DNA of 64,000 nucleotides from Auanema rhodensis. Lineage: Eukaryota; Animalia; Nematoda. The position numbers and the translations under genes were made by a program. A model generated the notes under the pieces. That model ran no database searches. It was not told the DNA's origin and saw nothing but the letters and a program-made list of their open reading frames with translations. The stretch lies in contig OZ059895.1 in the NCBI GenBank assembly GCA_964057225.1, forward strand, positions 15,624,001 to 15,688,000. The letters are read 5' to 3'. Positions 40,894-52,384 of this stretch are shown here, piece by piece; the first letter of the stretch is position 1; every line of letters begins with the position of its first letter.

Positions 40894-42730
40894 GCTACTG
40901 CTAAAAACATTAAAAAGTTCGAATATAAGAGAGTAAAGAAAGAGAAGATGTAGCTTCAGAATTAGTATATATGTAAGTCGAAAATGGATAATCTAAAACT
41001 ATGTAAAATCATGTGAAATGATTGAAATTAACGGAAAAATTTGGTGTTTTTCTTATTATTTCGACTTTAAAAAGTTTTAAAAATTAATTTTATAATATAT
41101 ATATTCAAATAAAATAACTATTTTATAAAAAAAATATAATAATATAGTATAGAGATTAGATTAGAGAATATGTTTCAGCTGCTTATACTTCTTAAACGAA
41201 TATTAGATCTGGGGAAATTGAGAGTTAAAACAAAAAAAAAAAAAAGATTTTTTCCTCTATGTATATGAGAGAAGGGATAGAGAGAGAGGAGATACACTAA
41301 GCTTTTCATTTCTTTTCATGAGCTTCCTCCAAGTAGCATAGTTCGAGATATCAATGAAAAGTGTAATATGACAACTGCAAATGCATTGACAAAAATTTCG
41401 AAAAAGCTTTGAAAACAGAAGCAAAGAAAAAACTTTTTTTCTCTTCTTCTCACATTTCTTCATTAATTTAGATACATTCTAAGCAATAGAGATGATTATA
41501 TGTATAAAGAGCTCTGAGCTCTCTTATCCATCATTCTTCTTACCAAAGCTTCATGAATCTTGAAATTTGAATGATATATCGAGTCTTGACATCTCTCCTC
41601 ATGACTTCATCTGGAGTTGACATTAGAAAAAAATGTGTTGAAGCTAAAAGTCTCCTACCTGTAGGTAATGGATTAGAAAGAAGATGTGAAGTCAGAAGTC
41701 CGTAAACTGAGACTGAAGTTGCTTTAGGTTTTCATAGCTATGTCACATGAATGATAAGCCATTGCGCTCATTCTTTACCTTTTCGCTATTGGAGTCCTGC
41801 TTGTCATGGCTAGACACCGTACCCGTTTGTCGGAGTATGTCAGGTTTTGTTAAAAGTTCTATTTTTCCTCAAATATCTCCAAATGTTTCAGTAGATAGAT
41901 ATTTTCTTATGCAAAAAATATAGCTAAAATTATATATATAAATATTTCATAGTTTAGCAATAACTACAAAATATTTTAAAGATACTTGATTACAATTTTA
42001 TACTTCAACAGACTGCCAGCAGGCTGTGCCGACGTACAATGGGGTGCGTCAGATGCTGACGGATCTCGACACCGCGACACCAAAAAACTTAATTTCACTT
42101 AATTAGATTTGTAACATCTTTTCTATTCTGATAATTCCGTCTTGACTTTGTATTTAAATATGAATAAATATCTTCTATCTAAACAGATGGCTTTTTTCAG
42201 TATTAATCTAAAATATTTTCAAGCAACTGCGCGTGTTTTTGCAAAAAGGGTGAGGCTTCATTCGCGAGGGGGGAGGGGTTAAATTGTGGTAAAGCTCATA
42301 GTTCTACAACTTGTACCACCCCAGTATAAACTGTAGTAGAACCGAAATATCTCATTTTCTCTGAAAACGAAAAACAAAATGATAGAAATAAGCAATTTTA
42401 AACCTTTCATACTAAATGTATGTACTTTCGACATGATATGTTTCACTAATCGCAATTTCTTGAACTTTGAAATTGTGAAAACAAAAAATTTCCAAATCAG
42501 CCATTATGATTGTTTGTGCTTTTAGGAGTAACCCAACCAATGTTGTTACTATGATTTCAAGCTGTATGTACCATTTCTAGGAGTACATACAATCGTTACG
42601 TTGCTTAATCTTTCTGAAATATCTTCCAATAATTGATATTATAATCAAATTTCAGTCATATTTCAAATTACTTCAATGACCAGAATACAAATAGAATGAT
42701 TACGTATTCCTATTAACAACCAAAGTATTG

Positions 42731-44160
42731 ATGACAGATCGTCTTTATCACTATCAAACCCTCTGTAACTCTCTTGATAGGTAAGTAATGCTTAGAAGTT
42801 ATTTCTATCAAAGAGAATATAGTTCATAACGTTTATTCAAGGCAATTTCAGTTCACAAAACTTATCTGAATATTCATCAACTGAATTTGACGTAATATGT
42901 GGTATCATCTTTCTGACCGTCGGAATAATCAGCGAAGTAAGCTGTGCTACTCAACTTCTTCACACATTTCTTATTCGATGATTCAGATTCTCTTCGTGCT
43001 CTGCATCAAGGTCATGTTAGAACCTCCTCATAAAGATTATCCAGCATATAAGATTATGGTTGTTATATCTCTATGTGATATGTGTGGATCTTTTTATAAT
43101 ACAATCATACTTGGTAAATACGTTTTTCCAACTTTTTTTCATTCGTTTCCAACCTTTTTCAAGGCATAATCTACTGTTTTGGAACAACCTTCTGTGAATA
43201 CGCCTACATCGTCTCCAATATAGGAGCAGTTGCAGCAAGTAAGACCAAGTTTCATACGTTAAAGCGTAGGAAAAACTTAATTTTTTGAGGTTTCTGGATG
43301 ATGGGATCCCAGCTTTCTTCGATTCTCATCATTAATCGTTTAGTTGAATTAAATTGTTCTGAGTAAGCTTATATCTCTGTTCTAAGTTTGAACTTCGAAC
43401 TTCGGCACAATTTGTTTTTCCAGAAATAAGATGTTTACAAAGATTTTTAACAGTAAATATACTCCTATCTCATTCCTATTCCCTTTATCTTCTGGTTTGT
43501 ATTATCTCTTTTATGAACAGGAGTTATTTCAAAATTTCTTAATGAAAGTAGAACAGCATGGGAGATTTTCATAAATAAATCTGAAATTGCAGTACTTCAG
43601 TCCCGCTTTAATATTCAACAACACCGTCATTGTTCCATTTAACAGCATTTCGAGCATTGTTCTCTGTACTAGCATCTCCAAGCATTTACGAAAAAATTTT
43701 GGTTCAACAATTGATCGACGTCGACACGTTACGGTATAAACTAACTCTACGCTACCGTCAATCTGTATTCTGTTTTCAGCTCTTCGTTCAATGCTTAGTT
43801 ATTGTTTCTTTGAGTAATATATCATCGATAACATATATTGTAACCTATTTCTTTCAATGTCCTATCTTTCTACAGACAATGGCTGGTGTTCTATATCAAC
43901 TATCAATGAGTGAATCTTTCTTGAATACGATTAATATGATGAATGTTGCAGATCTTCCTCCGTATATATACCTTCTTAACACTTCAATTCGTCAGAAGTT
44001 TATTAGAATCTTCAAAAAAGAAAAGTCTCAGAAAATCTTATCAACTAGTGAGTTAATCAGAATCGACAGTAAATCTTTCAATATTTTTTTAGGTGTTAAA
44101 ACAACTAAAAGCAGTTGGATCAAGCAGCAAAAAATCAAATCTAGAATTATGGCCTTTTAA
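42731..44160 (+). CDS. srt: Serpentine chemoreceptor, class T (copy 1, most diverged, shortened extracellular loop)
   Basis: About 10 exons, 7 hydrophobic segments, motifs AYKIMVVISLCDM, ILIINRLVEL, PPYIYLLNTSIRQ. Confidence 0.75.
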
Positions 44161-44228
44161 TAAAAAAATAATAAAAAATTTTAATAATAAAAAAATATTT
44201 ATATTATAAATAGTAATTAATTTTATAG

Positions 44229-44367
44229 AATCAAAACAATCCGCGCTCTACTGATAATTCGGTAGTCAAATTTGAATATTCTTGTAACTCACGTAAAGTA
44301 TACGTGAGCAGAGTTTGAATTTCTCATTTCTAAGCTTGTAAACGTGAAGAGTGGTTGGATTTTGTGT
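44229..44367 (+). repeat. ~140-bp near-identical direct repeat downstream of srt copies 1 and 2 (partner ~46868-47006)
   Basis: AATCAAAACAATCCGCGCTCTACTGATAATTC[G/C]GTAGTC...GAGTGGTTGGATTTTGTGTT occurs at both sites; one mismatch seen. Confidence 0.9.
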
Positions 44368-44592
44368 TCTGAAATCATACTTTTAAGTTTTCCAAGGTAT
44401 ATTGTTTATAAATACTTTATTATCTTCTTATGATTCTCATCAACCAGTAAATTATTTTGTTAGATTGAGAATCAGATAAGATACGTCTTCTTGTGTAGTT
44501 AATTTCAATTTGTTATATCTAGTAGTATGCTGAATAGGATTAATAAATTTTTTCTTACCACCCCACAATTAATTAAGACTATGAAAGGTGTA

Positions 44593-44690
44593 TGAGGCTT
44601 AGGCGTATCCATTGTCTAAAGTTAGGCTCAGGCTTATCAAATGCTTAAAATTAAGATTAGGCTTATCCATTGCCTAGAAAGGGGGGGGGG
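44593..44690 (+). repeat. Three 29-bp telomere-like (TTAGGC-containing) tandem units followed by a G10 run
   Basis: Units 44593-44621, 44622-44650, 44651-44679; consensus about TTAGGCTTAGGCTTATCCATTGCCTAAAA. Confidence 0.8.
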
Positions 44691-45239
44691 CAAATATATT
44701 GAAAAAAAAATGATTGAAATATATTAATTCATCGAAAACCTTAAGATAATACCACGTACTACACGTAAAAATGCCTTATTTGTTTATTTTCTATACCCGC
44801 CCGATGAAAGTCTAGTGAAGAACCAATAATTCAGAGAATGTGGGGTGGCTACAAATGCACTAGAGCCAAATGGGCTAACTGCATCTCACTAACAAGGAAA
44901 ACATAAGTTTTCACGTAGACTATTGTTATTCCTTCTTCTATGCTATATTATCCGAAGTGATGTGGACCGCGACAGTTACCTGAAAGTCGTAGAATACATT
45001 TTTTATTTTACTTTTGCACTTTCCTTCTGAAATCTAAATCTACGTTTCCGAAGAATTGTGGTGAGGTGTTTCAATATGATAACTACAATTGTCGAGTTTA
45101 ACGTATTCATATACCAAAACCATTTCACTCGATTCATTTGCTGAAATTTTTGAATCTTCATTTCCATACTTATTCTATTAAATAGTGGAATATTCATTCA
45201 TCTGATTTCTCACCTTAACTATTCCTTAACTATTCCTTC

Positions 45240-46815
45240 ATGGAACGACTCATCCGATATGGTAGTATCACTAACGATCCTCTGTACAACTGCAGGTCAG
45301 TCATTGCTCTTTCCCAGAGTCTTGTGTGTCATGTTCAAGCTCTAAGCTTTTCACCTTTTAAGTGCACGAACTCCTAAGATGATCGAGATGAATTTGGCTG
45401 AACCCGATCCAATATCGGGCTTAATATACTTCACTGTCGGATCTATCAATGAAGTGAACTAACAACCTTTCTAATCCAAAGCTTCATGTAACTTGTAAAA
45501 TTCAGATTCTCTTCATTCTCTGCATAAAGGTAATGCTGGAACCTTCCAACATTGTATGTACAGCATATAAGATTATGGTAGTTGTTTCTATCTGCGACAT
45601 GGGGGGAATAGTTTACAACACTCTTTCATATGGTAGTTATCACACAATCACTTCTTCATGATTTAAACCTTTCAAGCTTTTCTCAAGTATTATGGTCTCG
45701 GATTTTGTGACTATCCTAACGTGAATTACATCATGGGCTTACTTGGAGCAAGTAAGATTACAACAAGACTTTCCATAAGCTTATATCTGAGCTTTAATGA
45801 AAGTCGCTCTTTAAAGTTATAAATTGTTCTGCTACAGACGAGTGGATAACAAGTTCAATGCTTTCTTCAGTCCTGATTGTCAACCGACTAGTAGAACTAA
45901 ACCACTCGGGGTATTCAAACTTATGATTACGTTTGCCTCAAGCAAAAACTTTCAGAAACAAAGTACTAGGGAACATTTTCAATGGAAAATACACACCAAT
46001 CTTAATTCTATTTGTAATAACTGTATGTATATGCTGTATGTTCTACGAACAAACTATTGTACTTGATCATAAAACAGGAGTATCAGTACTGAATCCACAA
46101 ATATATGAAAATTCATCGTCTTTAGTAAGATGATCAATCATACAATACCAATTATACGAATATCGTTTTCAGTATATCAGTAAACCACTTGTTTTCAACA
46201 ATACTGTCGTCGTATCATTCAATAGTATTCTGAGCGTTGTTCTATGCTTTAGCATCTCCAAGCATTTACGAAATAATTTTGGTTCAACAATTGATCGACG
46301 TCGTCAAGTTACTGTAAGATTCATAGTTATCATGTTTTGTATTGTCTATTCCAAAAATCTTATTGTTCATATCACTTTGTATGATCTTTGCAGCTATTCT
46401 TCCAATGCTTAGCTATAGTTAGTCTTTGTAATATACTAGCACTACTACATCTTTTTAACTTTTTCTTCGAATGCCCTCTAGTCTACCGCAAAATAGCTGG
46501 AATCATGTATCAACTGTCAACAAGTGCATTTTATGGATTTTCTTAAGTAATTCAATGTTCTTTCAGATCTTCCACCGTACATATATCTTCTTCTTAATCG
46601 ATCCATTCGTCAGGGAATCATAAAAATGTTTTGGACACATAAACCAAAAGCAATGTTTACAACCAGTTAGATAAATTCATCAATTGTACCTTGTGAGATT
46701 TATTCCTTCAGGTGTGAAAACAACGGCAACTTGGTCTACACGGCAAGCACGAAACAGTCCAAAAACTACAGTGTTCAGTAAAATTTCTTCGTACAAAGAT
46801 GCTTTACCTAAGTAA
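45240..46815 (+). CDS. srt: Serpentine chemoreceptor, class T (copy 2)
   Basis: Srt-type N-terminus MERLIRYGSITNDPLYNCSARTP; AYKIMV, NRLVEL, PPYIYLLLNRSIRQ; same exon structure as copies 1 and 3. Confidence 0.82.
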
Positions 46816-47723
46816 AAATCTGAATTGAAGAAGGATATCCTAACACGGTTAGAAGAATAAATAATTTAATCAAAACAATCCGCGCTCTACTGATAATTCC
46901 GTAGTCAAATTTGAATATTCTTGTAACTCACGTAAAGTATACGTGAGCAGAGTTTGAATTTCTCATTTCTAAGCTTGTAAACGTGAAGAGTGGTTGGATT
47001 TTGTGTTTTCTCCTAATTTAATCTTTTTTACTATTAATGTCAACAATATGTAGTTATTATTTAATATATTTGTAGTTATGAATGTTTATCATTATCTTGA
47101 GATAAAAGTTCGGAATTTCCTGTGCAACTAGTGTGCTATAATTAATTTGAATCAAGTAATTATGCTCTGCTGAAATATGATAATTATAAAATTAATTGTT
47201 CTGAAGCGATACATGAGCTATAATTTGATGATAATACAATTAGTATTATTTAAGCCTCAGAATAATTAGTAGTGCACTTATACACTAAAAGAATACGAAC
47301 CATTGTTTAATATTTTATTTCTCATCATAGATTTCGAGATTATACATGATAATTATCATTTCAAAACAAAAGAAAGGATAACTTAACTGGAAAGCTTAAT
47401 CTACTGTAAAGACATAACATTCTCATATCAAAAAGAATAAGTGACAGTGATACGTTTTGATTGAACAGCTGAAATCTATGTAAACAGATCTTCAACCTGT
47501 AGGTTAATACGTTTCTTCCATATAACAATAACAACTTGCGAACTTTGGATACAAGTTTAATAAAGCTTGAGATTTATACAATTCTTAGAATAGCTTGAGT
47601 GTTTAATTTTCATTTTTGTACTTCTAGCAATAGCTATTTTCAGAATGTTGTCTCAGTTTTTCATATTAATCCATCTGTGCTTCTCCTGATATCCATCTGA
47701 TTTCCTACCTTAACTATTCATTC

Positions 47724-49254
47724 ATGGAACGACTCATCCGATATGGTAGTATCACTAACGATCCTCTGTACAACTGCAGGTCAGTCATTGCTCTTTCCCA
47801 GAGTCTTGTGTGTCATGTTCAAGCTCTAAGCTTTTCACCTTTCAAGTGCACGAACTCCTACGATGATCGAGATGAATTTGGCTGAACCCGATCCAAATTA
47901 CGGGACATTTTTTTTCGTGTTCGGTATTGTGAGTGAAGTGAGCTGAATCAACATGGTGGCCAACTAAAATTACTTGCAAGATTCAGATTCTCTTCATTCT
48001 CTGCATAAATGTAATGCTAGAACCTTCCAACATTGTATGTACAGCATATAAGATTATGGTAGCTTTATCGTTCTGTGACATGTGTGGAACGGCATGTAAC
48101 GCTGTCATATATGGTATATTCTTTTTGTTCATTTTTCTACGTTTGCTGAGATTTCAAGGTGTTTTTAAATATCATGGAATAGTGTTCTGTGATTGTCCTA
48201 ACTTCTCTTATATTCTCGGATTCCTTAGCGGAAGTAAGATTGAAACTAGTTTTTCTATTTCTGTTAGCCAAGTTGTTGTCCTTAGCTTAAGACCCCCCAT
48301 GTTACAGGTGCATGGATAGTTGGGTGTTTCCTCTCTTCCATTCTAATCATGAATCGATTTGTTGAATTGAATTCACCCAAGTAAGCTCTAAGCTTCAAGT
48401 TTTCAATACAAACCTTCTAGAAACAAACTATGGACAGATATCTTTAATGGAAAATACACACCTATCCTTATGTGTATTCCTGTATCAATCGGGCTTTATT
48501 GCTTGATTCATGAACCTGCTCTAATGATTGATCTAAAGACCATTTTAGCATATTGGGATCCCGAGCTATTGTCAATTCAATCATATAGCGTAAGCTAATT
48601 GATATAAACCTTTAAAACTTACTTTTAAACTTGTTTTAGTACTCCAATTCGATGATTGTCTTCAACAACAGCATTATTGTATCCTTAAACAGTATTCTGA
48701 GTCTTATTCTTACTTTCAACTTATCCAAGCATTTACGCGAAAATTTTGGTTCAGCAATTAGCAGACGTTTTCAATTTATGGTATATCTTCTCATCATGTT
48801 AACAACAATTCTCAAATTATCTTTTAAGCTTGTTTGCCAATGTTTAGCTATAGTAAGCTTATCCAATGTTGCAGCTTTATTACATCTCATTTCATTTTTC
48901 TTTGATTGTCCAGAACTTTACAAACAACTTGCCGGAACCATGTATCAATTCTCTACAGGTTAAGACGACTTCATCCATAGTCTTCTGATTCTTCTTCTAC
49001 TTTAGCTCTACCTCCATATATCTATGTTTCTCTAAATAGAACTATTCGTCAAGGAATATCCAAAAGGTTCTGCAGACTTCTTATACCAACATCTTCATGT
49101 TCCATATGTTCGTTCAGCTTTACAGCATTCATACATCATACTAAACTACATTCTCCTTTCAGTTACTCGTCAAACGCATATAAGACCTAGATCTTCTCAT
49201 TTTTCTGATATCGTCCAGCAGAATAATGCAAATTTTCCGAAAATAAATTCTTAA
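47724..49254 (+). CDS. srt: Serpentine chemoreceptor, class T (copy 3)
   Basis: MERLIRYGSITNDPLYNCSARTP; AYKIMVALSFCDM, MNRFVEL, PPYIYVSLNRTIRQ. Confidence 0.82.
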
Positions 49255-50392
49255 AAGCTCAATTATTTCTTAAATTTACCGCGAAAATCACTTGATACCA
49301 CTATATAGTGCGGTTTTCTTTTTCCAACTTCAGAAAAAAATCTTTAGACTTAGGTCCGATAATGATTAAAGAATGATCACAGATTACAATATCAAATGTT
49401 TCGAAATCTGACTGATGATGACTCAAATTATGGCATAGATAAGATAATTTTTCCAAGTATTGTTCTTGTTGTTTTAGTAGGAAATATTGACATCTACACT
49501 TGTTTGAAGCAGTTGCTCCAGAACAAACGTGGTTATTGATTGAGCATTGTGCTTAGAATCATTTAGAAGTTTTTCTAATGAATTAACATGTTACTAGGCC
49601 AAAAATTTTATTACATCAAACATGGATTATTCAAAATATTCAAAAAACATTATATTTTCTTGTAAATATAAAAATAGTAGCCACTATGCTTCTTCATTGT
49701 TCCGTTTTTTTCTCTTTATCCCCTATTCTCTCTATATTTCTCTTTGTATGCCCTCTCTTTTTCCCTACCTGTCTGTTTTTATCCAAAAAAAACCCTGAAG
49801 GTGATATCATTTCATTGTTTATAATTGTTAAAAGAGCAAATTTAGCGTTCTAAATCATTGGTCTTGGCCTCGTGTCACTTTGAAGTTCAGCGCCTCTGTG
49901 TACTCGTCTTATCACATATGTATACGAAAGCGTTCAATTTAGCACCAAACCCGTAAAATGAATAACCAAAGTTTTATAAGAATTAATTTGAAAATAAACA
50001 AAATATCTTTTGAAACAGACACATGATTTGCCTAACCAGCTTATGAGGATTATCCGAATTTATAAAAAGTGACTCATAACTGAATGATGAAGATGAGTAA
50101 CATACAGATTACGTGTGAAATTTGATGAATTTCCTACGCTACTTGAAGGAAAACAGTAGCACAGACAGACATCTATCTACGTGATTTTTAGAGAAATTAT
50201 CTGTTTATTCAAGAATTTTACATGTAGTTGATTTTGATTGTATGCACAGTTCTTCTAATAATTTCTCTGATAACATAAGATTTTGATGAAAATGAGGTAG
50301 ACATGAATGAGTAATGAAAAGTAAGCCAAACTTTAAAGTTCAAACAAGTCACTCTCTCTCAATCATTGTCTGTCTACTGAGTTTGGTGACAA

Positions 50393-50406
50393 TCTCTCTC
50401 TCTCTG

Positions 50407-50469
<63 letters not shown>
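50393..50469. repeat. (CT)n microsatellite
   Basis: About 75-bp CT run with two G interruptions, upstream of the secreted orphan. Confidence 0.95.
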
Positions 50470-50471
<2 letters not shown>

Positions 50472-50589
50472 TCCACACACAGACACATTGTCTAATTCAA
50501 GAACTTTCTCAACTTTATTTGATATTGATGATGTGAGAGGATAGAACACCCTACCCATTTTCATGAATCAATATGAGGCGAGCAGAAAC

Positions 50590-50596
50590 TATATAA
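50590..50596 (+). promoter_or_regulatory. TATA box of the secreted orphan gene
   Basis: TATATAA about 80 bp upstream of ATG 50670, with an Inr-like CCATT about 30 bp downstream. Confidence 0.6.
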
Positions 50597-50669
50597 CCCG
50601 AACTGTAACCTCATAACGCCATTCTTCCGAACTATTACTGAAAAATCCTAATTTTCAACAACAATCATC

Positions 50670-51127
50670 ATGAAATCGACATCTATTCTTTTTGTACTTT
50701 TTGCCTCTTTGGCTATTCAAATAGTCTCATCCAGTGAGACAGACGACTCAAATCCTCAGGAAAACCTTGTACGTTTCATATTTTCTATTAAGCATGTTAA
50801 GCAATAGCAACAGCAGCAATAACAATGAGCATTATTCAGCATCAAGGTCGCAGATATTCCTCATATGATTGGCAAAGCAAACGCGATTTCTATATCCAGC
50901 TTGATGCATCTATGGATCAGCTTCGCGCTGAGCACAACGCTATGCAACAACAAACGGCTAACGACTACCGCAGTGGCAAACTAAGCCAACAGCAATTCAG
51001 AGACCAAATGAGCTCAAACCAGCAGACATTCCTTCAGGTACTGCAGCATTTTAATTATTGCTCAACCATATTTATCTATGAATTTCAGAAGAAGCAGAAC
51101 ATACTATCTGGCATTCCGTATTATTAA
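50670..51127 (+). CDS. Secreted ~110 aa Gln-rich helical protein / possible peptide precursor
   Basis: 3 exons (50670-50768, 50840-51037, 51089-51127). Signal peptide MKSTSILFVLFASLAIQIVSS, acidic spacer, HQGRR-YSSYDWQS-KR, then a Q-rich helix ending KKQNILSGIPYY*. Confidence 0.8.
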
Positions 51128-51695
51128 GAAAAAGAAAAAGAAACGTTTCAAATTTGTTGTTTTATTATATTTTTTTATATTTTAAAATGTTTTAAGACCA
51201 TTTAATTTAATAAATGCTTAGTTATAATTGAGAAAAAAAGAAAATTAGACAGTTATAGAACATGAGAGAGATAACAAGAAAGAAGAGAGAGATAGAGAAA
51301 AAAAGTGTCCGTCTTTGCTATTGCTATCTCTCATGTTTATAATAAAGAGAAAAGAGAGAAAAAAAGAAACACACGAGCAGAAGCTACATTCATGTACTGC
51401 ATACAAACCTTTAATTTTCCTTTGCATCATTGAATGATGTGATCAAAACCAAAAACTTATATGTAAATGTTTGGGCGGAGGTTACAGATTCTATTTTTCT
51501 TTGAAACTGTCAAAGGTGTTCATTGGAATCTAGTTAATCATTTGAGAGCAATGAAGAGAGAGAGCATTGAAGAGAGAGAGAGCACAATTTCAGACTATCG
51601 TTAGGCCCAAGCATTTTTTGGAGCCACGCCCATTTTCTCGGGGCATATAAGGCTTCGTTTTTCAGCTTTATTCTTCATTCCTTACAATTTTCATC

Positions 51696-52384
51696 ATGCA
51701 ACTGTCTCAACTTACCGGAACAAGATCTGTACAATCAGTTCTTCTACACAATCCAGCTAACTATGAACAGCTTAGTCAATTTGTATATTATACATGTTGA
51801 ATACTTGTAAATGCTTGTTGTGTCTTACAGGATTTGGTGAGAGAAACTGATGGTCTCCTTGAAGCTGCAATTTTTCAATTCAAAGGAATACCTACCGACC
51901 AGCATAAGCGTGAGTTTTCGCTTGGTAAGGTTACTGTTGGAAACGATGGTAATGGCAAGAAAGCCGATCTTGCTGCCTTAAAATATGAGGATCAGAACGG
52001 AAAAGTGGATGTGAGTTAAACTTTTTTTTAAATGGAAATATGAGTTCCCTCCAGTTTCTTATTGTGGAATTTGGGGCAAAAGCTTTTGCTGTCAATGGTG
52101 GATTGGATGCTGAGCTCAAAGCCAACATGAGCATTTTGGATGTTCAATCACACAATGCTCCATCTTACTGTCCAGATGTGGCTATAAAGCTTGGAGTAGG
52201 ACGTAAGTTAAAGTTGACAAAGGAATTCTTAACCATCTTCTGCTTAGTTAACACTGGCATCAAATGCAATGATGACACACTTGGCGTACAAATATTCGGA
52301 ACTGGCTTCATGCTAGGAAAAACAACAGGAATCTCACTTTTTGGATCAGGCATAGCCTTCAATTTTGAAAAGTTTTATTCATAA
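51696..52384 (+). CDS. Uncharacterised glycine-rich, predicted all-beta protein (~185 aa), no signal peptide
   Basis: TATA-like ATATAAG near 51645. 4 exons splice in frame to ...VDFLIVEFGAKAFAVNGGLDAELKANMSILDV...VAIKLGVGLNTGIKCNDDTLGVQIFGTGFMLGKTTGISLFGSGIAFNFEKFYS*; AATAAA follows. Confidence 0.8.

Noticed and set aside
44940-45197. Possible small minus-strand gene between srt copies 1 and 2
   Set aside because: In-frame joining needs an implausibly short (~32 nt) intron and gives no recognisable product.
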